Source of the DNA: Macrostomum lignano
Lineage: Eukaryota
Direction of reading: 5' to 3'
NCBI GenBank assembly: GCA_002269645.1
Contig: NIVC01005044.1
Location: 1-27,951, forward strand
DNA: 27,951 nt
The position numbers were made by a program, and so were the translations under genes. The notes beneath the pieces were generated by a model. The model was not told where the DNA came from, did not search any database, and saw only the letters and a program-made list of their open reading frames with translations. Each line of letters starts with the position of its first letter. Position 1 is the stretch's first letter. Positions 11,541-21,017 of this stretch are shown here, piece by piece.

Positions 11541-12111
11541 GATTGCTAGTCTAGCCAATCATGGATGCGGGATTAGAGTGGATTGCTAGTCTAGCCAATC
11601 ATGGATGCGGGATTAGAGTGGATTGCTAGTCTAGCCAATCATGGATGCGGGATTAGAGTGGATTGCTAGTCTAGCCAATCATGGATGCGGGATTAGAGTG
11701 GATTGCTAGTCTAGCCAATCACGGATGCGGGATTAGAGTGGATTGCTAGTCTAGCCAATCACGGATGCGGGATTAGAGTGGATTGCTAGTCTAGCCAATC
11801 ATGGATGCGGGATTAGAGTGGATTGCTAGTCTAGCCAATCATGGATGCGGGATTAGAGTGGATTGCTAGTCTAGCCAATCATGGATGCGGGATTAGAGTG
11901 GATTGCTAGTCTAGCCAATCATGGATGCGGGATTAGAGTGGATTGCTAGTCTAGCCAATCATGGATGCGGGATTAGAGTGGATTGCTAGTCTAGCCAATC
12001 ATGGATGCGGGATTAGAGTGGATTGCTAGTCTAGCCAATCATGGATGCGGGATTAGAGTGGATTGCTAGTCTAGCCAAATGGATGATTAGAGTGGATTGC
12101 TAGTCTAGCCA
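11541..12111. repeat. 40-bp minisatellite (GATTGCTAGTCTAGCCAATCATGGATGCGGGATTAGAGTG)n, 13 near-perfect copies plus partial copies
   Basis: Tandem unit read directly; two copies carry CACGG in place of CATGG. Confidence 0.98.
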
Positions 12112-12181
12112 AAGTGAATAAACGATATTGAATTACTAATCTATTCTTTTTCTCAAATCTAATTTTCAGCTGCGGTCGCCC

Positions 12182-13880
12182 ATGGAAACGCAGGACTCGA
12201 CGGCGAGGGCGGCTGATTTGCCACGGCAGGTGCAGCTGCGGCCCGGCAGGCCGGCGGAGGATGCGGAGTTTGTGGCGCTGTGCGTTCGCGACTTGGCGGT
12301 CAGCCACGAGGGCATGCTGCCGTTCTGCCACATGGGCGCCAGCGACCACTTTCGGGTGCTGCAGTCCGGCCTGGCCCGTCTTCTGGTGGCCGAGGCAGCC
12401 GGACGGCCGGCCGGATTCGCGCTGTACACCCGGTGCCACCTGGACAGGCAGCCTAGGCCAGGACTCTACCTGCAGGCTGTGTACGTGTGCGAGGACTACC
12501 GGGGCTGAAGGTGAGAGCGATCAGTGAGGCTGTTATGATGTGCTTAACTAGCTACTTGTAGTAATAAGAGGCACACTTCTAGTAGTAGTAGTACTACTAA
12601 TACTAATACTACTACTACTACTACTACTGCTACTACTACTGCTACTACAACTACTACTACTAATACTACTACTACTTGCAGGTAGGCAAGTCTCTACTCG
12701 TGGCTCTGGCTCGCCAGGCCTTGGCAACCGGCTGCGACCACATCAAGCTGATTGTGCACACAGATAACGAGGCTCTGTCCTGGTACCAGCGCATTGGCTT
12801 CCAGGTGCTCACAGAGACCGAGGGGGTCGCCTTTTTTGAGATGAATGACGTGGACTTTGTTGCTGGCCTGGTGGCCGCAGCCGAGCAGCCGCTGCCAGAC
12901 GGAGCCAGCCTGCGCCTGCGGCCCTGCGACGGCGCCGACGGTAGGCGATTCGAACTTCGGACTTCCGGCTGCGACTGTCGCCTGTTTGGCGCCTCCGAGC
13001 TCAGCTACTGCATGTGGGAGGGGGAGGCGGTGCAGGTGAGAGCTCAGCTACTGCATGTGGAGGGGAGGCGGTGCAGGTGAGAGCTCAGCTACTGCATGTG
13101 AGAGGGAGAGGCGGTGCAGGTGAGAGCTCAGCTACTGCATGTGGGAGGGGGAGGCGGTGCAGGTGAGAGCTCAGCTACTGCATGTGGGAGGGGGAGGCGG
13201 TGCAGGTGAGAGCTCAGCTACTGCATGTGGGAGGGGGAGGCGGTGCAGGTGAGAGCTCAGCTACTGCATGTGAGAGGGAGAGGCGGTGCAGGTGAGAGCT
13301 CAGCTACTGCATGTGGGAGGGGGAGGCGGTGCAGGTGAGAGCTCAGCTACTGCATGTGGGAGGGGGAGGCGGTGCAGGTGAGAGCTCAGCTACTGCATGT
13401 GGGAGGGGGAGGCGGTGCAGGTGAGAGCTCAGCTACTGCATGTGGGAGGGAGAGGCGGTGCAGGTGAGTGCTCATAGGAGGCTTGAGCACAGGAGATGCA
13501 GAAACCCGTCAGCTTCCACTGCCAACCCCCAGATCGACTTGTCGGCCGAGAGGCCGGTCTGCGCTGCCGCATCGGAGTGCGGCGCCGTCAGCTCCGCCTC
13601 GCTGAAGTGCCTGATGGGCCGCCTGCTGCAGCTGGCCGCTGCCGACAAGCCCACCCTACCGTCGCCGCATATCGTGTGGGTTGACACCGTCGCCAACCGA
13701 CCGACTTCCGGCGGACTCGATGACCTGCTGATGCGCGCCGGCTTCGAGAACAACACGGCCAATGAAGGCTGGCTGATCTGCCTGCTGGCCGGCCGGCCGC
13801 TGCACCTGCTGGCCAACAGGCCGCTGAACTGCCGCCTGCACCCGGAGCTGGCCGGCTGCCCGGATTCACTGTCTGACTGA
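12182..13880 (+). CDS. Tandem-GNAT gene 1 (SSAT/SAT2-like domain + degenerate GNAT domain); join(12182..12510,12682..13035,13533..13880), about 343 aa if a 1-nt deletion near 12501-12505 is repaired; otherwise a pseudogene
   Basis: VQLRPG, LLVAE..GRPAGFALY, GLYLQAVYVCEDYRG, VGKSLL, HIKLIVHTDN...WYQRIGFQVLTETEGVAFF match the SSAT-family pattern (SAT2 LTEAEGWHFF). Donors at 12511 and 13036; acceptors end at 12681 and 13532. Exon 1 is 329 nt with in-frame TGA at 12506-12508. Confidence 0.78.
12580..12676. repeat. (TAG)4 followed by inverted (CTA)n microsatellite in gene 1 intron 1
   Basis: Read directly. Confidence 0.9.
12997..13467. repeat. 43-bp minisatellite (GAGCTCAGCTACTGCATGTGGGAGGGGGAGGCGGTGCAGGTGA)x11 made of the last 13 codons of gene 1 exon 2 plus its splice donor
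   Basis: Units start at 12997, 13040 (41 bp), 13081, 13124, 13167, 13210, 13253, 13296, 13339, 13382, 13425. Confidence 0.97.
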
Positions 13881-13886
13881 GAGAGA

Positions 13887-14298
13887 TGTGAGAGTCCTGA
13901 TCCCCACTGTGAGAGGCCTGATCCCCACTGTGAAAGTCCTGATCCCCACTGTGAGAGTCCTGATCCCCACTGTGAGAGTTCTGATCCCCACTGTGAGAGT
14001 CCTGATCCCCAATGTGAGAGTCTTGATCCCCACTGTGAGAGTCCTGATCCCCACTGTGAGAGTCCTGATCCCCACTGTGAGAGTCCTGATCCCCACTGTG
14101 AGAGTCCTGATCCCCACTTTGAGAGTCCTGATCCCCAATGTGAGAGTCCTGATCCCCACTATGAGAGTCCTGATCCCCATTGTGAGAATCCTGATCCCCA
14201 CTGTGAGAGTCCTGATCCCCACTTTGAGAGTCCTGATCCCCATTGTGAGAGTCCTGATCCCCAATGTGAGAGTCCTGATCCCCACTGTGAGAGTCCTG
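13887..14298. repeat. 21-bp minisatellite (TGTGAGAGTCCTGATCCCCAC)n, about 19-20 copies, directly after the gene 1 stop
   Basis: Read directly; source of the HSGDQDS/VLIPTVR ORFs. Confidence 0.97.
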
Positions 14299-14740
14299 TT
14301 TACTCATTATCTCCTTATCTCTGATCACAGGTCATCTTAGGGTTCGAGTCCTGACTTTACAGTTGGACCAACGCTAATCTTCAGTATTTGATTTACTTCT
14401 ATACTACTATGAGTAGGTTCCGCTTATTCTGGTAATCTTTTATGCAAACTTTAACACAGATCTATCGCTTAGCAGCTCAAACTAAATCGCTGTTTTAATA
14501 TATCCTTTTATGCTTAAATTTTAACACTTACACATTGCTCTAACAGTAGTGCGCTGTGCCTAATCCAGTGTAGCTCTCTTAACGTATCAAGCACTCTACT
14601 AACTGATCGCTTGCTGTGCCTTAATATGTTCAACTTTATTTTCTGACTTTAACCTGTTTCTTAACAGAAGTTTTAGTTTTTTGTGGCACTAACCTACCTC
14701 ACATTACATGCAATGTCCTTGATTCTTGACCCTTGACTAA

Positions 14741-15690
14741 TGAACCATCCTTGTCTCTTATGAACCATCCTTGACTCTTATGACCCATCATTGACTCTTA
14801 TGACCCATCATTGACTCTTATGACCCATCATTGACTCTTATGAACCATCCTTGACTCTTATGACCCATCCTTGATTCTCATGACCCATCATTGACCCTTA
14901 TGACTCATCCTTGATTCTCATGACCCATCATTGACTCTTATGAACCATCTTTGACTCTTATGACCCATCCTTGACTCTTATGACCCATCATTGACTCTTG
15001 TGACCCATCATTGACTCTTATGACCCATCATTGACTCTTATGAACCATCCTTGACTCTTATGACCCATCATTGACTCTTATTAACCATCCTTGACTCTTA
15101 TTAACCATCCTTGACTCTTATGACCCATCCTTGATTCTCATGACCCATCATTGACCCTTATGACCCATCCTTGATTCTCATGACCCATCATTGACTCTTA
15201 TGACCCATCATTGACTCTTATGACCCATCATTGACTCTTATGACCCATCATTGACTCTTATAAATAATCTTTGACTCTTATGACCCATCCTTGACTCTTA
15301 TAAACCATCCTTGACTCTTATGACCCATCCTTGATTCTCATGACCCATCATTGACCCTTATGACCCATCCTTGATTCTCATGACCCATCATTGACTCTTA
15401 TGACCCATCATTGACTCTTATGACCCATCATTGACTCTTATGACCCATCATTGACTCTTATAAATAATCTTTGACTCTTATGACCCATCCTTGACTCTTA
15501 TAAACCATCCTTGACTCTTATGAACCATCCTTGATTCTCATGACCCATCCTTGATTCTCATGACCCATCATTGACCCTTATGACCCATCCTTGATTCTCA
15601 TGACCCATCATTGACCCTTATGACCCTTCCTTGATTCTCATGACCCATCATTGACCCTTATGACCCATCCTTGATTCTTTTGACCCATCC
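14741..15690. repeat. 20-bp minisatellite (TGACCCATC[A/C]TTGACTCTTA)n, about 47 copies, with a 200-bp higher-order duplication
   Basis: Read directly; 15121-15320 matches 15321-15520. Confidence 0.97.
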
Positions 15691-15847
15691 ATGGCAAGAC
15701 GTATTTAACTCACCACAATACACGCAAAATTTACTGTCTGCAGCTAATTCTACTTTTAGTAGGCTGTTGCGCCTAGCAAGTCAAAATGCTTAGAATAAAA
15801 AATTATTATTATTAACAACATCCCGCATTTGCAGTCAGCCGGTTGCC

Positions 15848-17143
15848 ATGGAAACTCAGATACAAATTAGACGCGGCACGGCGGACGACATCGAGGCGGT
15901 GGCCGCGCAGGAGCTGGAGCTGGCGAACAGCCACAATGGCATGCAGCTGTACTGCCGGATCGAGTGCGATGAGCACCACCGGATGCTGCTGGCCGGCCTG
16001 CTCAAACTGCTGGTCGCCGCCGACTGCCAGTCCGGCCGGGTGGTCGGCTTCCTGCTGTACACGCCGTCTTACATGCACAGCCAGCCCGAGCCCGGCTTCT
16101 ATGTGCAGAGCCTCTTTGTGGAGCTGGACTACCGGCGGCACAGGGTGAGGCTTCTTGGGGTCCTCAGTGATTGGGCCGCTGCCTCATTTGGGTCCTCAGT
16201 GACTGGGCCGCTGCCTCATTCGGGTCCTCAGTGATTGGGCCGCTGCCTCATTCGGGTCCTCAGTGACTGGGCCACTGCCTCATTCGGGTCCTCAGTGACT
16301 GGGCCGCTGCCTCATTCGGGTCCTCAGTGACTGGGCCGCTGCCTCATTCGGGTCCTCAGTGACTGGGCCGCTGCCTCATTCGGGTCATCAGTGATTGGGC
16401 CGCCAAATCTCGCTGGACCAACTGCAACTCTGGTTGGCAACCCGCAGGTCGGCCAGTCGCTGCTGGCCACGCTGGGCCGCCTCGCCGCCTCCTCCGGCTT
16501 CGGCCACCTGAAGCTGCTGGTGCAGCGCAGCAACGCGCCGGCCGTGAACTGCTACAGACGTCTGGGGTTCGAATTCCTGAGCGATACGGAGAACATCGGC
16601 TTCTTCGAGCTGTGGCCGGCCAAGTTCGTGAACTCGATGCTTCGGGCGGGTCGCCGGCCGCTGCCCGCCGGCCTCAGCCTGGAGCTGCGGGACTGCGACG
16701 GCCGGCTGTCGGGCGGGCTGGAGGCCGGGCGGCGGTTCGCCCTGACCTGCGCGGCCTGCGACTGCCGCCTTCAGGGCACCGCGGCGCTCACCTACTGCAT
16801 GTGGGACGGCTGCATCATGCTGGCCGACCTGCGGCTGGTGCGGCCCGCCTGCGCCCAGCGGCCCTGCCAGCTGCTGAGCGTCGCCAATCTGAAGCGGCTG
16901 CTGGGCCGCCTGGCACTCAGCCTGGCTGCGTCGCCAAGGCGGCTTTGGCTGGAGGCGCCTCGGCAGCAGACCGAGCTGCACCGGATGCTGCTGCACACCG
17001 GACTGGAGGACTTGGACGGCCGCCACGACGGAGACTGGGTCGTCTGCGCGCTGCGGGGCGCCCAGCTCTGCGGCCTGGCGGAGCGGCAAGTCGCGGATCA
17101 TTTTGTGATTGAGGCCGACTGTGCTGCGCCTGCGATTCTGTAG
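15848..17143 (+). CDS. Tandem-GNAT gene 2 (SSAT-like + degenerate GNAT); join(15848..16144,16448..17143), 330 aa
   Basis: IQIRRGTADD...ELA (SAT1 as recalled: FVIRPATAAD...ELA), LLVA...VVGFLLY, FYVQSLFV..DYRRHR|VGQSLL, HLKLLVQRSNAPAVNCYRRLGF. Donor AGG|GTGAGG at 16145, acceptor cccgcag ending 16447, phase 0, intact frame to TAG. Confidence 0.9.
16158..16404. repeat. 32-bp minisatellite (GGGTCCTCAGTGACTGGGCCGCTGCCTCATTC)n, about 7.7 copies, in gene 2 intron 1
   Basis: Read directly. Confidence 0.96.
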
Positions 17144-17684
17144 TGTGCTCAGCAGTGTGCTCAGCAGTGTGCTCAGCAGTGTGCTCAGCAGTGTGCTCAG
17201 TAGTGTGCTCAGCAGTGTGCTCAGCAGTGTGCTCAGTAGTTTGCTCAGCAGTGTGCTCAGCAGTGTGCTTAGTAGTGTGCTCAGCAGTGTGCTCAGCAGT
17301 GTGCTCAGCAGTGTGCTTAGTAGTGTGCTCAGCAGTGTGCTCAGCAGTGTGCTTAGTAGTGTGCTCAGCACTGTGCTCAGCAGTGTGCTCAGTAGTGTGC
17401 TCAGCAGTGTGCTCAGTAGTGTGCTCAGCAGTGTGCTCAGCAGTGTACTCAGTAGTGTGCTCAGCACTGTGCTCATCAGTGTGCTCAGCAGTGTGCTCAG
17501 CACTGTGCTCAGCCGTGTGCTCAGCAGTGTGCTCAGTAGTGTGCTCAGTAGTGTGCTCAGTAGTGTGCTCAGCAGTGTACTCAGTAGTGTGCTCAGCACT
17601 GTGCTCATCAGTGTGCTCAGCAGTGTGCTCAGCACTGTGCTCAGCCGTGTGCTCAGCAGTGTGCTCAGTAGTGTGCTCAGCAGT
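17141..17684. repeat. 12-bp minisatellite (AGTGTGCTCAG[C/T])n, about 45 copies, starting in the gene 2 stop codon
   Basis: Read directly; 132-bp higher-order duplication (17441 and 17573). Confidence 0.97.
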
Positions 17685-18439
17685 GATGCTGAGTTTATTT
17701 GCAGTATTGTTTGCAGTTTGCACTAAACCCAGCGTTTATAATCTGGTTGTACTGATTTTATCTATCGAACGCTCTTTCACGCAATGGCAATATTTTTTGT
17801 ATTTCAAGTTGTGAGAGAAACTCTTTTGCAAACCTTTTTTAGCCTCTCTGCTCTCCATCTTTGATTGCGGGACATTGCAACCCTTCAAAATGCTTTTGTA
17901 CTTTTGTACAGTATATATATACACTGATTGTACGTATTGCTAGCGACCAGATCCCACACCTTGCTGCTATATCCTACTGCCAAGTCTCAATCCCCTACCC
18001 CCGCACCGGTAAGAAATTCTTTTGTTTGCCCTCAAGTGCAGAGTCTGAGAAGCAGCTCAGAATTGGGAAAGCAGAGTGACGCGCGGGGCTCGCGGAACCG
18101 CCTTTTGTCCAAATAAATTTCCTGCTACCTGTCTGATGCAACTGTTAACAATTCAACTATCCCGTTGTCCCCAATCGGATGTACTTTTATTTTGATTAGA
18201 TTTTATTACCATAAGCAGTACAAATCCTGCGCTGTGCAATAAATTTACTTGTCTGATTAGCTTAGAAAATTGTAATTTTTTTAGCTGAGTGCATCGCTTT
18301 ATTGTATCAAATATCATTAGATATGTTATCCACACAGGCGTGGCAAACTGCAGTTTGTCGTTCGTGTTTTTGTCTGCTCAAGTGATTGTATCATTTTCAC
18401 TGCTATGCCAATGTTTTACAGTTCTCTCTGGTGTCGTGC

Positions 18440-18745
18440 GGGATCTTTTAGGGTGAGATTGTGGGATCTTTTAGGGTGAGATTGTGGTATATTTTAGGGT
18501 GAGATTGTGGGATCTTTTAGGGTGAGATTGTGGGATCTTTTAGGGTGAGATTGTGGGATCTTTTCAGTGAGATTGTGGGATCTTTTAGTGTGAGATTGTG
18601 GGATCTTTTAGGGTGAGATTGTGGGATCTTTTAGGGTGAGATTGTGGTATATTTTAGGGTGAGATTGTGGGATCTTTTAGTGAAATTGTGGGATCCTTAG
18701 GAAGTGAGATTGTGGGATCTTTAGGGAGATTGTGGGATATTTTGG
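18440..18745. repeat. 23-bp minisatellite (GGGATCTTTTAGGGTGAGATTGT)n, about 13 copies
   Basis: Read directly. Confidence 0.95.
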
Positions 18746-18908
18746 TATGATATTTCGGGGTCTTGGATGCAGCTTTCAAAGGATCTTGTCAGAACACATC
18801 TTGAGCACCTGATCAGTGAAATTTAGGCCAGATTTTGCTTTAAAAAATTTACTGGCTAAAACTTTTCATTCGTTTCTGCATCCGTTGCCCTAAAACTTTT
18901 CCAGCAAA

Positions 18909-20016
18909 ATGTCTGTTGCCATGGTGACTGGCAGTTGCGGCCAGCCGGCCCAGCCAGCGCTGCTCATCAGGCAGGGCGCCCCGGAGGACCTCCTGGAGGC
19001 CGCCGAGCTGGAGGAGGAGCTGGCAGCCTGCCATGACGGCATGCAGCTGTACAGCCGCTGCAGCGCCGTCGAGCACCGCCTCATGATGCTGGCCGGCCTG
19101 CTCAGGCTGCTGGTCGCGGTTGCTATGGCAACCGGCCGGATTGTGGGCTTCGTCCTGTACACCGTGTCTCACGTGTCCCAGCAGGACCTGCCAGGCCTCT
19201 ACGTGCAGAGCCTCTTTGTTGACGGGGCTTACCGGAGACACCGGGTGAGTACCGGGTCAGGGATGCTGCGAGTTGTCACTGATTGCAAATGGGAATTATT
19301 TAATCCTGAGCCTCATCATCCATCTACATCCCCACCTGCTGCAGGTCGGCCAGTCGCTGCTGGCCACGCTGGGCCGCCTCGCCGCCTCCTCCGGCTTCGG
19401 CCACCTGAAGCTGCTGGTGCAGCGCAGCAACGCGCCGGCCGTGAACTGCTACAGACGTCTGGGGTTCGAATTCCTGAGCGATACGGAGAACATCGGCTTC
19501 TTCGAGCTGTGGCCGGCCAAGTTCGTGAACTCGATGCTTCGGGCGGGTCGCCGGCCGCTGCCCGCCGGCCTCAGCCTGGAGCTGCGGGACTGCGACGGCC
19601 GGCTGTCGGGCGGGCTGGAGGCCGGGCGGCGGTTCGCCCTGACCTGCGCGGCCTGCGACTGCCGCCTTCAGGGCACCGCGGCGCTCACCTACTGCATGTG
19701 GGACGGCTGCATCATGCTGGCCGACCTGCGGCTGGTGCGGCCCGCCTGCGCCCAGCGGCCCTGCCAGCTGCTGAGCGTCGCCAATCTGAAGCGGCTGCTG
19801 GGCCGCCTGGCACTCAGCCTGGCTGCGTCGCCAAGGCGGCTTTGGCTGGAGGCGCCTCGGCAGCAGACCGAGCTGCACCGGATGCTGCTGCACACCGGAC
19901 TGGAGGACTTGGACGGCCGCCACGACGGAGACTGGGTCGTCTGCGCGCTGCGGGGCGCCCAGCTCTGCGGCCTGGCGGAGCGGCAGGTCGACAGCAACAT
20001 CCTGGTTGCCGTGTAG
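18909..20016 (+). CDS. Tandem-GNAT gene 3 (SSAT-like + degenerate GNAT); join(18909..19244,19345..20016), 335 aa (331 aa from ATG 18921)
   Basis: LLIRQGAPED...ELA, RIVGFVLY, LYVQSLFVDGAYRRHR|VGQSLL. Donor CGG|GTGAGT at 19245, acceptor ctgctgcag ending 19344, 100-bp phase-0 intron, intact frame. Confidence 0.9.
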
Positions 20017-20017
20017 C

Positions 20018-20297
20018 CAGTCTGTAATACTGTCAGTCCGTAATACTGTCTGTCTGTAATACTGTCAGTCTGTAATACTGTCTGTCTGTAATACTGTCAG
20101 TCTGTAATACTGTCAGTCTGTAATACTGTCAGTCTGTAATACTGTCAGTCTGTAATACTGTCTGTCTGTAATACTGTCAGTCTGTAATACTGTCTGTCTG
20201 TAACACTGTCAGTCTGTAATACTGTCAGTCTGTAATAATACTGTCAGTCTGTAATACTGTCAGTCTGTAATAATACTGTCAGTCTGTAATACTGTCT
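20018..20297. repeat. 16-bp minisatellite (CAGTCTGTAATACTGT)n, about 17 copies, directly after the gene 3 stop
   Basis: Read directly. Confidence 0.96.
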
Positions 20298-20686
20298 TTC
20301 TGTGACACAGGCTTTAATACTGAAAGCTTGCAGCTACTACAGACTTGCACTGTCCATATTTCTTCATAATTAATTTGTATTGCGACTTTCTTACTGTATT
20401 GCGATTTGCGATTGCGATGTGTTTTACCTTTACTTCAATCAAGCCAGCTGTCTTCGTTTACAGTTCATCAAGTGCTTTTCCAACCAGTTTTTTTATTCGC
20501 TCGATAATCCTGAGATCATTCCTTTGAGCAGATTTTTCTTGACAACTGATTACAGAATGAATTAGATTTTTTAATTCACCTTTTTATCTATTTTTTTATC
20601 CCGATTTGTTTCTTTGGTATCCTTTTATTTTTACTTTTTCGTAAAGCTTTAGTGGGCAGTAAGTGTAGGCGTAGTTGTAGTAGTAT

Positions 20687-20962
<276 letters not shown>

Positions 20963-21017
20963 CAGCAGCAGCCATATATTTCACCGCCACCCCGAATTCA
21001 TGCAGCTGCCAGCAGCC

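Noticed and set aside
11541-12111. 40-bp hairpin-containing direct repeats as a CRISPR array
   Set aside because: Units are contiguous with no unique spacers, there are no cas genes, and the context is eukaryotic with introns
12506-12508. In-frame TGA in gene 1 as selenocysteine or readthrough
   Set aside because: Readthrough would still leave the exon 1 nt short; the spliced frame continues AGG TAG (stop). A 1-nt deletion explains it fully.
18440-18745. TTAGGG in most 23-bp units as interstitial telomeric sequence
   Set aside because: At most one isolated hexamer per unit and never tandem (TTAGGG)n
18909-20027. 372-aa single-exon ORF as the gene 3 product
   Set aside because: It reads through the 100-bp intron into the wrong frame of exon 2; the spliced frame matches the paralogs
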